36,033 nucleotides of DNA from Octopus bimaculoides (GCF_001194135.2 NC_068982.1:107998076-108034108), one strand, 5' to 3'; shown: positions 1-11,449, counted from the stretch's first letter. Notes: a model not told the origin generated them from the sequence alone. A program made the numbers and translations.

Positions 1-79
<79 letters not shown>
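1..79. repeat. Compound (TA)n(TG)n microsatellite
   Basis: Directly visible dinucleotide runs. Confidence 0.97.
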
Positions 80-82
<3 letters not shown>

Positions 83-443
83 GCTATAGGTACATACGAT
101 CCAGGGATCCAATTCTAGGAAGTTAGTAAACTTCAAGCATTTGGGCAGCTTGTACAGATGACAACAAGTGGACGATAAAATATATTTTATATTAATAAAT
201 ATACGATAAAATATATTTATGAACATCATAAGTTTTACACTTCTTCCCATACCGAAGTTAAAGATTTATATACTTACAATAATTTTATATAAAAATGATA
301 GCATAATTAAAACATTTCTTAAATTTAACTACGAATATAGTGATATAGTTTGCACTTAAGACATATTTTATGGTACTTAATACAAAATTTATAAATCAAT
401 CCACTGAAATATTATAGATATCCTTATTAATACACTAGTTTTG

Positions 444-597
444 AAGCTACAAACCTTTCAGTTAAAAAAAAAACAAAAAAACTTACAAATCATTCAGTAT
501 AATAACAAAAATTTTGCTTCAAGCTACAAACCATTCAGTTTAGATAAAAAAAAATATCTACAAATCGTTCAGTATAATAACAGAATTTGGCCTCAAA
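444..597. repeat. Two-copy tandem repeat, period ~77 bp
   Basis: AAGCTACAAACC(T/A)TTCAGTT...TACAAATC(A/G)TTCAGTATAATAACA(A/G)AATTT starts at 444 and again at 521. Confidence 0.8.
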
Positions 598-1287
598 TAC
601 AATTACGTTAAATAATGTTGTCACATTATGAAGTCTGGGAAAATATCACAAGGGAAAAAAATTTGTTCACGTCCTCTTGCATAACTTCAAAATTTTACCA
701 CAACCTGATAATATATATATATAATATGCATGTACATGCATATTTATATATAGGAAATGATAAAAACTTTATACACAAGTAGGGAGATACGGAAAAATAT
801 TAGTAAATAGAAGAAAATGCATCTCTTCATTTATATTGCAGTTAATTAATTCCAAAGTGTATAATTGCAGTTAAATTATTTTAAAATACATTATTACATA
901 TTCCGAAATATCATATCATATCCAACATGCATTACTACACTCAAATCATTTCAAGATTACGGATTCCAAAGTGCATTTTTTACATTCAAATAATTTCCAA
1001 ATACACAATTAAATACTCGAAAGTCCATAATTACAAATATGCATAATGAAAATTTTCAAAGTACCTAAATACAAACAGGTTTCACTTCTTACAGAAATTA
1101 TTTATTGCAATGCACATGTGTAATGGCTTGCTACTAGCTTTCATTTAATATATAGTGCGTCTACCGGAAGTAGCCTCGTTATCTCACCATGTAACAAGGA
1201 AAGTAATAATGCATACACCACAAATAAGTAAGGAGGTAATTTTTTGTACCTTATTTAAAATCTAAGAAATATATCTAATAAATATTG

Positions 1288-1548
1288 ATTTCAAAGTTTT
1301 GCACAAAGGCCAGCTATTTTGGGGGGAATGGATAAGTCCATTACATCGATCCTAGTGCACAACTGGTACTTGTTATATCGATCTCCAAAGGATGAAAAGC
1401 GAAGTCGACCTCGGCGGTATTTAATTTTGGTACAAGATCAGTAATTTTGTAGGAGAGATACGTCGATTAGATCGACTGCAATGCAAAACTGGTATTTATT
1501 TTATCAACCCCTAAAGGATGAAAGGTAAAGTCGACCTCGGTAGAATTT
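1288..1548 (-). mobile_element. Two tandem truncated copies of tRNA-derived SINE family A
   Basis: The core GGATGAAAGG(C/T)AAAGTCGACCTCGG occurs in 1288-1422 and in 1423-1548, matching fuller copies at 18308, 30903 and 31971. Confidence 0.8.
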
Positions 1549-1857
1549 TATAAATATCGAAATGATTGTTCTAGCTCCCACATCATTCCACATGAAAGGG
1601 AATATCTTGAGGAGATATTACAGATCACAATGATACGGCTAATGTCTTCAGTTTTGATTTTTACATACGTACTTACTTATCAGTTGATGCTTTCTATGTA
1701 GAAAGCATTTCGTGGAGATTTCTTGCTCCTGGATTACATGGAGGTAACCTCCAAAGTAAGATATTGGTATTTTATGCCAAGTTTTAGTGTTGTTTATTCC
1801 CTCTATAGTATGTTTTTATTTTATTTTACATACCTATGTACAACCGTCTCTATGAAG

Positions 1858-1860
<3 letters not shown>

Positions 1861-1914
<54 letters not shown>
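1861..1914. repeat. (TG)n microsatellite
   Basis: Directly visible. Confidence 0.97.
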
Positions 1915-1916
<2 letters not shown>

Positions 1917-2579
1917 GGTTAAATGGAATTTTCAAATTTTCTCAGGGAGCGATCAGCATCAATTCTCACTTCATGTCTCTTCTCAAGTTCATAATCTACC
2001 TAATGATGTTTTCGTTATGTTTTATTAGCTACGTGAGTTCTTTACAGCGTGATAGCTGCTGAGGGTTTATTTCTGATAGAGATTATGCATCAATATTATA
2101 ATCCGGCCCTCACGTGGTGTTAAAACAAATTTAAAGATATAATCATGGGAAATATGCCATAATATTGTTGGTGGCACAAAGATCCCTTAGAAACCGACTG
2201 CGTGGGCTCAGTGTGTATTATATAGATAACTGACTGGTCATTTCTAGCGTTGGTGGTTTGAATAGTCTTTTGAATGAGAAAAGTAATGATAGTGGACAAC
2301 CATTTAGCCATGACTAGCATACCACTAATGTTTTTTCCATATAAAAGCATACGCTGCGTTACAGCCACCTCAGGCTACGGGATTTCATGCTTACAGGAAT
2401 CGTGAATTATGATTACTAATTTCAGGATATGATCTGCTATATCGCTCATACGGAAACACGGATAAAATTTAAAAACTGTATTTTCTTGTTAACCAAAAGG
2501 CCGCTTCTCGGCGTTTTAATTAGAATCAAAGTAGTTACAAATTTGAAAAAAATATAATCCTGATATATACATGCATGCT

Positions 2580-2669
2580 TCTATCTATCTGTCTGTCTGT
2601 CTATCTATCTGTCTATCTATCTATCATCTGTCTCTTTCTGTTTTCTCTCTCTGTCTCTCTCTCACTCTC

Positions 2670-2725
<56 letters not shown>

Positions 2726-2825
2726 GAGGAAGAGATAGATAGAAAGATAGGTAGATAGATAGATAGATTGATAGATGTACATCTATGTACATGCATACAC
2801 ACACACACACACGTACACACACACG

Positions 2826-2861
<36 letters not shown>

Positions 2862-2872
2862 CACATACACAC
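2580..2872. repeat. Compound microsatellite (CTAT/CTGT, CT, GA, GATA, CA)
   Basis: Directly visible; it generates the spurious ORFs at 2613 and 2775. Confidence 0.95.
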
Positions 2873-3394
2873 ATGTGAATCAACTTTCAACGCTATCATT
2901 ATCATCAGCACCAAAACCATACAACCACTGCGACCACCATCATCGACATCAAAACCAGTAATACCAGACCCCCGAATGCTGCTATCAAGCTGCCAACTTT
3001 CGAATAACCAACGAGCAACAACATTAATACCATCAACATTATGGCAATGTCTATAACTACATATGTGGTATGTCAACACAAGGGTATGTATGTGTATACA
3101 ATATAGAGTTTTGGGGCTCAAGTCTGATGTGCAAGAGATGAAGTGTCGAAGAATCTTGTAACCCATTAACTAACTTATCATACAGTACTTCATTCTTTTA
3201 CACTCTCATCTTCTCATTTCCATTCTTACAGCCATAGGAATAAGACAACAATTTTTTTGTTCCCACAGAACAGTTCATTCCTGGTGCTATCAATTTTTGC
3301 TACATATTTTTTGCAGATAATTGTTGACCTCTGTTGCTGTTGACTTACCTAAGATTCAAGACATCTGGCAAAAGAACTATCAAATGGAGCTGAA

Positions 3395-4200
3395 TGCAGT
3401 AGTATAAAAAGGAACAATAGCATGATTATTCTGGATATTAAACTTGATGATTTAAAAAGGTTTGTGATGCAAGAGAAATATGTAGCAGTAAAGAGAAAAC
3501 TAAGTCAAGTGCTCGAGAAAAATACGTAACAATAAAGAGAAAATTAAGTCAAGAAGTTATTCCTTAAATACTCAGATTTAATTTTTTTCATAAATGCTTA
3601 AAGTGGGATGGATCTTGGATGTATAGGTCAAGGATCAGACGTAATGACCCGATAAACACAAAGCATAATGATATTTTTAAAAAAGTGCCAGACAAGATAT
3701 TTCCAACAAAGTATTGTTCATTTTAGACAATTCACTAAACCACCTAGTGAACTTAAATGAGCTTCATGATAATGTGAGAGTAGAATCTATCCTCAGGAAT
3801 ATAATTTCTTTGCCTCAGCCAATGGATAAAGGTGCGATAGCTAACTTGAATGTATAATCTGAGAACATTTTATGAAAACAATTGACAAAGAGAAGAAACC
3901 TACAGTTAGACACATCTGGAAGTTCAGCTTAATGGATGCAGTAGATAACGATATCTGAGTCATATGAAAAAGTAAAACTCTCAACTTAGAATGGCGCTTT
4001 GAAAAATATAGGGCCAAGTTATATCGGTGACTTCACAGGTTTTTAAAAATTAGAAAGTTTACATCGAATTCAGAAAGAGATTTGGGACACTTTCAAATGA
4101 TGTGTTTGAAGACGTCATGAGGATGATGTGGTTGAGTTGCTAGTGTCCCAGAAAGAAAGTTGATCAGACGAGGACCTGATGCTGTTTGAATAAAACCAAA
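3395..4200 (+). pseudogene. Degenerate Tigger/pogo-family (DDE_1) transposase fossil
   Basis: 3708-3857 translates as KVLFILDNSLNHLVNLNELHDNVRVESILRNIISLPQPMDKGAIANL, matching the pogo/Tigger LLILDNA.GH...FLP.NTTSLIQPMDQGVI motif. Upstream KRNNSMIILDIKLD resembles the N-terminal HTH, and downstream EDDVVELL..SDEDLM resembles the C-terminus. Many stops and frameshifts. Confidence 0.75.
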
Positions 4201-4639
4201 CTGAGAATACAGAAATTTCACCAACTCATTCCAGTCTATCACTAGTGCATACATTATCAATCCCGGAGAGATGAATTACAAAGTTGAATGCTGTGAGATT
4301 TGAACTCAAAATGTTTTCTAATACAGACACTAGGCCAGCAATGTGAAGAAATAGGTCGGTGTATTAAATCGACCTCAATACCTCACAGCAGATTATAAAG
4401 CATTGTTGACTTTGGTGGAATTTGAACACAAAGCGTAAAGCGCCTGAACAAATAATATTACAAGAAATATTGTCGGATGATTTGACAATAACCGCCCTAT
4501 TTGTACTCAAAACATAAACGGACCTAATTAACTAAAAACGTTTCGACAAGTATTCTATGAATCCTTCTATCAACGACAGCGAAGACGAATTAAAATAGAA
4601 CAAAATCATAACATTAATGACACTGAAATAACCAAATCT

Positions 4640-4649
4640 AAAAAAAAAA
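4640..4649 (-). terminator. Pol III oligo(dT) terminator of the tRNA-Arg gene
   Basis: T10 run 2 nt after the tRNA 3' end on the minus strand. Confidence 0.85.
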
Positions 4650-4651
4650 TT

Positions 4652-4724
4652 CGAGCTTGCCAGGATTCGAACCTGGAATCTTCTGATCCGTAGTCAGACG
4701 CGTTATCCATTGCGCCACAAGCCC
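4652..4724 (-). tRNA. tRNA-Arg-ACG: tRNA-Arg, anticodon ACG, intronless
   Basis: The reverse complement is GGGCTTGTGGCGCAATGGATAACGCGTCTGACTACGGATCAGAAGATTCCAGGTTCGAATCCTGGCAAGCTCG (73 nt). It has a 7-bp acceptor stem GGGCTTG/CAAGCTC, intact A and B boxes, anticodon loop CT-ACG-GA and T-arm CCAGG-TTCGAAT-CCTGG. Confidence 0.97.
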
Positions 4725-6114
4725 ACTGACAGAAAATGCGGTCTTCTTTAAGTACTTTATTAACGACTGCTCTTGTGACTATGATATCGTTGAATTTATG
4801 CAAGCGTTGATTGTTGTTTATCTGAAGCTTACATATGTTAGAAGTTACTAAGACTATTTGTTTCTCCTGAAGAGTGTACTTTTTTCTTTGTTGATTTCAA
4901 TCGCAAAAAATAACTTCAAACTAGAGATATATACCGTTAATGAAACCAGCATCGTGGGACCCTACCTAGGATGCATTTGTTTCAAGTATTTAGTGAAGAG
5001 GAAACGTGGCTAAAGGCAAACGAAGAAGCAATGTTAATTGAAATAAACCAGCTTGCCAACTTAGCTGTCACAGAACGCCACTTTTCTTATGAAGAAAGTA
5101 ACTCGCTTGAAAAGAATTAGTTTGTGTTTACGCATGCGTATACGTAAAAATTAAACACGAGCCCCCAACATCATATTTTCTCTTTCATCTGGCACCACTC
5201 CTCCCGAAACAACTGGTATTTATAGCAACAACTAGTAATCTATGACTATTCTGTAAAGACGGAAGTCGAATGATGGCATATACACCCACCAGTATAAATA
5301 AAATAAACTATTTTTTAAACCCTAAAATTATTATAAAGGAACACAAACTTCGATGTAGTTAATCATAAAACAAGTCACATCAGCCGTTATACCAAAGAAG
5401 TAACCAGTTGGATGTATTTCTAGAAAGAATAACTATTTCATTGTTTTTTTCTTTCTTTTTCGTTTTTGTTTCTTCTTTCTCATTCTTGATACGGAAATAT
5501 GAGCCGACTGGTTGGTATTTTTAGAAAAAACTCTTGCCTTCCTGTCAATAGATATCAGCGATAAGAAGAAAAAAATCTAATGAAAAGAAATAAAGGGGTG
5601 TGGAGAGCCAAGAAAGATACAAGTGAGACAAGTTCTCTACACACGGTTTTCAAGCAGGCAAACAGAAAATTTCGTTCCCTGTGACTCGTTTTTACAGTTA
5701 TGTCACCGAATGACCTCGAAGAATGTCTGTCTGACTGGCGAGCTCACTAACGCTCTTTTATTCTATTTTTCTCTCCAACCCCACCCCTATCTGTCTCTTT
5801 TTTTTTCTCTTTCTTATTCTAAATCGTTCATAAAATAGTCGCACAACTAAAATGATAACTAAAACAATATTTATACAGCCATAAATAAACAATTCTTAAC
5901 AGTAAGACCTATTATTAGACACACAATTTGAGAAGTACATATGTAAGAAAAGCGAAAACAACTATTTAAAAAACAGAAAAATAAAACTTGATTCGAGTTG
6001 ATTAGCTATATTAAAATATACAATTAAAAATTGCATACCTACTTACTTTACATCTATATTATTTGGGATACCTTTATATGACTGTGCGTGCACACATATA
6101 AAAGCATACTGCAT

Positions 6115-6510
6115 CTATCTATCTATCTATGGATAGATAGATTATGTGTGTATGGGTATATATATTGGTATATATAGGTATGTAGGTATATATACGAGTA
6201 TATATATAGGTGCATATATATGTGTGTGTGTATAGGTATTTGTATATATGTGTGTGTGTGTGTGTATGTGTGTGTGTGTATAGGTATGTGTATATATATG
6301 TATACATATATATATATTTATTTACTATATATATATTACTATGTATGGGTGTGGACACATACATACATATACGTACACACATACCTATCTACCTACCTAT
6401 ATACATACATACATGCCATGCATTCCTCACATGTATTTAGAATACCATTCTAAGTGCGCGCATCTATGTAGGTATAGTAATATCTATAGATAGATAGATA
6501 GACAGACGTG
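6115..6510. repeat. Degenerate compound TA/TG/CA/GATA microsatellite block
   Basis: Directly visible; source of the ORFs at 6119, 6210 and 6220. Confidence 0.92.
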
Positions 6511-6934
6511 TGTGGATTAACTAAATTTTATAATTATCTTCTATAAGAAAATTTGTAAATGGGGACAGTAAGTCGGAGAAAACAACAACAACAACTACAA
6601 CTACAACTACTACTACTACTACTTCAAAATATCGCTCCTGTAATGTTTTTCCACCAACTCAATAATAGTTGGAGTTCGAGAATAAGATCGAGGAAAGGTA
6701 GGTATACTTCGAGTAGGGTACATTTTTTTTATGTATCATCAAGATAAGGTTTCAGGTAAACATTACAAAAGTGAATTGTTGTTCGCCTGCATACAAGGCG
6801 TTGGGCTGTAGGCAAAAGTCTCGGAGGTGGGGAATAAGAAATATATGTATGTATTAGTGGCGTGATATCAAGTTTGACGTGATACTAAGTTTGATCAGCG
6901 ACCAGATGGTTGCTATTTCGAATCTCTTAACTGG

Positions 6935-7040
6935 TGAGAAACAAAAGACGGGGCACGATCATGGCTGGAATGCCTTTCACTATTTGTTCGCTCAATAAGA
7001 GTGACTTAGGGTTAAATAAAATAACAACGAAAACAACAAG
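6935..7040 (+). mobile_element. SINE-like 3' tail fragment (related copy at ~30397-30475)
   Basis: GAC.GG...(A/G)TCATGGCTGGAATGC.T...AT...TAGGG.T(A)AA..(ACA)n is shared with 30397-30475. Confidence 0.5.
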
Positions 7041-7584
7041 CAGTGTATATCGGAAAATTCATGACATGCAGTAGCTCGCAGAGTGATGCTTTTATGAGGG
7101 AGGACCTTCTGGGTCTGCTGTTATAAGTCTACATAGGAGACAGTGGCGGAAAACTCTAGGGCTTGCTCGGGCGGCACACAGTCTAGCTACGCCACTGGCG
7201 ACATAGATACAAGATATTGAGGAATAGTTTTATAGGAAAGTGGTTATACACCATTAGGTGTACACCCGCTTTCCTATATTAAATTCTAAATAAACAACGG
7301 AACGCAGATTCTGAACTATCAACACAACAATATTTATTTACCGAGGAAATAGGCATGGTTGCTGAGACGTTGGAATGTTGGAATGAGCTGTCCCCAGAGT
7401 TGAGATGCTGGAGAGACAGTTTGATACGACCATGCTCATGTGAGAGAGCTCTGTTGGACCCAAAACGCGGGAAAATGTTGAGAGAGTCGAAATACGCATG
7501 CGCATGGGACTCTTCCTGTGTTCCCTCGGAACTATTCCCTGCGCATGCGTGGATGAAAACTCTCTCAACATTTTCCCGCGTTTT

Positions 7585-7892
7585 ATCCTCCTCTTGCGTC
7601 GACAACTTCGTGAGCGAAGGACGTGTTTTGTATCGCTCTCTTCGAGACCCAACACACTCGTGACGGGGACAGCGGACAAGTGATGAAACGACCAACAGCC
7701 GAATAACCAATGCTGTATGAACATACCGACAAGAACTGCCGAATATCCATGCTGTTTGAATCCTACATAAATAAATATTGTTATGTTTCTGGTTTAGAGA
7801 CTGCGTTATCCGTTCTTAAATTTTTCCTTAAAGTTTGATGTGAGGAATTAGTTATTTAACCTAAAGGTTGAATAAAGAAGATATTTCTTACA
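7585..7892 (+). repeat. R/U5 half of a related LTR (LTR-B), plus orientation
   Basis: TAAATAAATATTGTT.TGTT...TT.AGA..CTGCGTT.(T)CCGTT aligns with LTR-A read on the minus strand. It ends TACA and is followed by a PBS. Confidence 0.7.
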
Positions 7893-7893
7893 C

Positions 7894-7905
7894 TGGTGAC
7901 CCCGA
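7894..7905 (+). promoter_or_regulatory. Second tRNA-Trp primer-binding site, opposite strand
   Basis: TGGTGACCCCGA lies 1 nt after an LTR-like end (AATAAAGAAGATATTTCTTACA at 7892). Confidence 0.8.
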
Positions 7906-8507
7906 AGACGAGAATNNNNNNNNNNNNNNNNNNNNNNNNNNNNNNNNNNNNNNNNNNNNNNNNNNNNNNNNNNNNNNNNNNNNNNNNNNNNNNNNNNNNN
8001 NNNNNNNNNNNNNNNNNNNNNNNNNNNNNNNNNNNNNNNNNNNNNNNNNNNNNNNNNNNNNNNNNNNNNNNNNNNNNNNNNNNNNNNNNNNNNNNNNNNN
8101 NNNNNNNNNNNNNNNNNNNNNNNNNNNNNNNNNNNNNNNNNNNNNNNNNNNNNNNNNNNNNNNNNNNNNNNNNNNNNNNNNNNNNNNNNNNNNNNNNNNN
8201 NNNNNNNNNNNNNNNNNNNNNNNNNNNNNNNNNNNNNNNNNNNNNNNNNNNNNNNNNNNNNNNNNNNNNNNNNNNNNNNNNNNNNNNNNNNNNNNNNNNN
8301 NNNNNNNNNNNNNNNNNNNNNNNNNNNNNNNNNNNNNNNNNNNNNNNNNNNNNNNNNNNNNNNNNNNNNNNNNNNNNNNNNNNNNNNNNNNNNNNNNNNN
8401 NNNNNNNNNNNNNNNNNNNNNNNNNNNNNNNNNNNNNNNNNNNNNNNNNNNNNNNNNNNNNNNNNNNNNNNNNNNNNNNNNNNNNNNNNNNNNNNNNNNT
8501 TTTTTTT

Positions 8508-8526
8508 ATCACGTCGGGGGTCACCA
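8508..8526 (-). promoter_or_regulatory. Primer-binding site complementary to the tRNA-Trp 3' end
   Basis: TGGTGACCCCCGACGTGAT equals the complement of the animal tRNA-Trp end ATCACGTCGGGGTCACCA with one extra C. Confidence 0.88.
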
Positions 8527-8528
8527 TT

Positions 8529-8940
8529 TATAGGAAAGTGGTTATACACCATTAGGTGTACACCCGCTTTCCTATATTAAATTCTAAATAAACAACGGAA
8601 CGCAGATTCTGAACTATCAACACAACAATATTTATTTACCGAGGAAATAGGCATGATTGCTGAGACGTTGGAATGTTGGAATGAGCTGTCCCCAGAGTTG
8701 AGATGCTGGAGAGACAGTTTGATACGACCATGCTCATGTGAGAGAGCTCTGTTGGACCTGTGTTACCTCTTCGCCGGCCGACGAGAAAAGAGAATGAAAA
8801 GAGTGGGAACGTTTAGATGTTGAATTCCACGCATGCGCATGGGACTCTTCCTGTGTTCCTTCCGGAACTATTCCCTGCGCATGCGTAGATGAAAATGCAG
8901 TAATGGCGACTGTATCTTGGCGCCAAATGACGTCACTACA
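8529..8940 (-). repeat. 5' LTR (LTR-A), 412 bp
   Basis: Minus strand runs TGTAGTG...TAAATAAA (polyA-signal-like)...CTTTCCTATA, then a 2-nt spacer and the PBS. Confidence 0.8.
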
Positions 8941-9284
8941 GTTTCTTACTCAACGCAGTTGTGAATTCTGTCCTCGAAGTATGAAAAGGACTATTAATGA
9001 ATTATACGTTTACTAACTAAACGACATGCTAACCGAACCAAATTTATGCAGTTTAACAGTGATCACTCATTCAATTTCTTGTCCTCTTGATTGATTGCTA
9101 TGGAATTAGAACAATAGCTATGTTCTTAATGCTTGCATATTAGACGGGACTCGCAAGACAGCTTCAGGTCCATTTAAGAATCTGACAAGATACTCAATTA
9201 CTACAGTAACTCTGTTGTTTCCAGTAGTCAGCTATGGTAACCAGTTGCTTTTTCTGTCAGTTTGTGGGACTGCTGAGCTAAGAA

Positions 9285-9524
9285 CCGTATTTACTCGTAT
9301 ATAAGTCGCACTATTTGATACTTGATTTTAACTAAAAAACTGGGGTGCGACTTATGCATGAGGCAAAGCTGGTATTAAGTTTGAATAAGGGGAAAATATG
9401 TTGTACCAAGGTTTAACACTAAATTACGGTCTGCGACTTCTACACAAACGTGACTTGTACTTGAGTGCGACTTCTACACGAGTGCGACTTCCATATGAGT
9501 TCGACTTATACACAAGTAAATGCT
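9285..9524. mobile_element. pogo/Tc1-mariner-type MITE with 17-bp internal subrepeats
   Basis: Left TIR CCGTATTTACTCGTATATAAGTCG; right end CGACTTATACACAAGTAAATGC. About five GTGCGACTT.TACAC.A units at 9431-9516. Same family as 23107-23240. Confidence 0.7.
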
Positions 9525-9589
9525 TTAATAGAGTATCGCCACGGCCATACTCTATTAAAATCTGATTATTGATGGGCCCTATTGTAAAA

Positions 9590-9720
9590 AAATTTGCATC
9601 GGAGTCACGTTGTCCGAGATTCGATTCCACTACTTAGCAGACAGGGCAAGTATTTTCTATGATATCATTGGGTCGACCGAAACCTTGTGAGTTAGAATGG
9701 GTTGAAGGAACCTTGCGAAT
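9590..9720 (+). mobile_element. Degenerate 5' fragment of SINE family B
   Basis: GGGCAAGTATTTTCTATGATATCATTGGGTCGACCGAAACCTTGTGAGT resembles GGGCAAGTGTCTTCTACTATAGCCTCGGGCCGACCAAAGCCTTGTGAGT of the 21906 copy. Confidence 0.6.
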
Positions 9721-10049
9721 GGACAACACCTGTAATTCTAAGTTTCAGCAGATTCTGCCAGAGAATTACGTGTAGAGCACTTATGTCTGTGTAATCAATG
9801 TTCAAGTACTTAAATATTTATTCAATAAGCAGGGAGTTCAGTCAATTGAACGTCTGTATACTTATCGTCGAAACCGATGGAGATTTGCTCCATAGTTTAT
9901 CCTTTATTTAAGTATGTAGTTAGTAATGTCATCCAGATGCTTAGTTTAACTCAAGTTATGCAATCATTCCTCGCCACCCTCTTGAGTTGAAATTAAATAA
10001 CAGAATTCAAAACAAAATGAAAATAGTCAAAAATGCTTTTTATAACAAC

Positions 10050-11340
10050 AATTGGGACCTTAAAAAGTGTTCTTGTCGTTTTATCGCTTACTGGAGGAAG
10101 CAAATATTCCTTGTAAACGGGATTAGAATTAAAAGAAGAAGAAAAAATAGCAAAGTAAACACAAGAATCTGGTAATGTTATTAAAGAAACATTTTGATCT
10201 AAAGCCTTTAGTAATTGCTGAGAGATTCTGGTTTCATAAAAAGTAAAAGAAATAGATGAATAGGGATGGAGAAACCATTCGTAAATGTTTGGCATCTCTG
10301 AGAAAACTGTCGGCTAAAATGTTGCCTTAAGAGAGACATGCGTGCTTGTGGACGCAAAAATAAATTTATTGAGAGAAGATTGTTATCTGTAATACACCAC
10401 TGGCTCTTGACATAGTAGATGAAATTTCAATAGCGATTGAAGAGAAAAAACAAAAACAATGTAGCAGGACTGAAACGTCGGCTTAATTAATTTGAGTATA
10501 AGTTGTAGAAAAAAAAAATTGAGAAATAAAAGAACAGTAGTTACGAGTTCATCAATTCCGAAAATTCATGCTGTGAATATACAAAGCAGGGACGTGACTC
10601 TAAGGACTGTTTTTACACATAGTAAAAGCAAAATTGTATTAAGAGAAGTCAACGGCTTGCCTATAGGAAGAAAAATCTGGAATGCCCAAATCTAAGAAAG
10701 CTAAAAGGCTATATAAAGGCAGATGTAAACACTGTTCAGAAAACAAATTGTCCGCTGAAAGTATGTTACAAAGCCAGCGGTTTCGTTTAGGCTTAAAGGT
10801 CTGGGTGATTCTGAGTGAAATACCGGTATCTCAGAACCCGGTGCGCCAATGAACCAAGTATGTTGAACACATTGTTGTCGTAAAAGGGAGAAGTTATCCT
10901 CCTATGACGTATACTGCAGCGACCAGCATATTTTGTCCCCGAACCTGCCTGGACGTGCAAATAATCGCTTCATGTATCTCTGTGCACAGTGCAATGATAT
11001 CTCAAACAACTACATAGACTCTTTTGCTTTTCACAATATCTATGGAATTGTCCCAATAGAAATGCCACGTAATTTCTGCCTTTTTTTCTTTGTCCCACGA
11101 GCAGCATAAGAGAGAAGTATCAACTTTGTAATACAAGAGTCAACTACTATATAGTATGCTTTCGAGGATACATTGATATGATGGAAATGACCTACGGATG
11201 TCCACGTGATCGACAACCATATTAGAACCTCTAAAATATTCGCTTGAAGACAGAGAAATATTGGCTTCAAGGTCAGTATCATTAGTGTGAGCATGACATA
11301 TATGTTGGGGTGGGGCATTCCAAAACAATAGAGGAAGGTC
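10050..11340 (+). pseudogene. Highly degenerate Gypsy gag-pol fossil
   Basis: LKKHFDLKPLVIAERFWFHK near 10180-10245 is a Gypsy Gag motif. RCKHCS near 10720 resembles a Zn knuckle, CYKA..VSFRLK near 10765 resembles FCKARPVPFALK, and GYID...T.G..D...NL...RL...GH at 11165-11320 resembles RT YxDD-to-LGH. Many stops. Confidence 0.55.
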
Positions 11341-11449
11341 ATAATTATGCATAATTTGTGAACTACTAAAAGAATAATGTAAGAAAATTAACATTTCTTT
11401 TTAAATTCCTTTGCACAATTTACTACAGTATGTCGTTTTCGATGTCATT

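Larger units (their letters stand above)
7231..8940. mobile_element. Composite Gypsy-type LTR element, probably non-autonomous, with tRNA-Trp PBS (CsRn1/Kabuki/Boudicca-like) and a 4-bp TSD
   Basis: 230-bp direct repeat 7231-7460 vs 8529-8758 with one mismatch. The right end reads TGTAGTGACG on the minus strand. GTTT flanks both ends (7227-7230, 8941-8944). PBSs lie at 8508-8526 (-) and 7894-7905 (+). The interior is mostly an N gap. Confidence 0.8.

Noticed and set aside
7141-7198. 58-bp CAGTGGCG...CGCCACTG inverted-end element
   Set aside because: The TIR is only 8 bp and no TSD was found. It may be a collapsed hAT/Harbinger MITE but is not supportable.
7279-7724. Overlapping 100-143 aa ORFs on both strands
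   Set aside because: They lie within the GC-richer, palindromic LTR sequence and show no Gag, Pol or host-protein motif.
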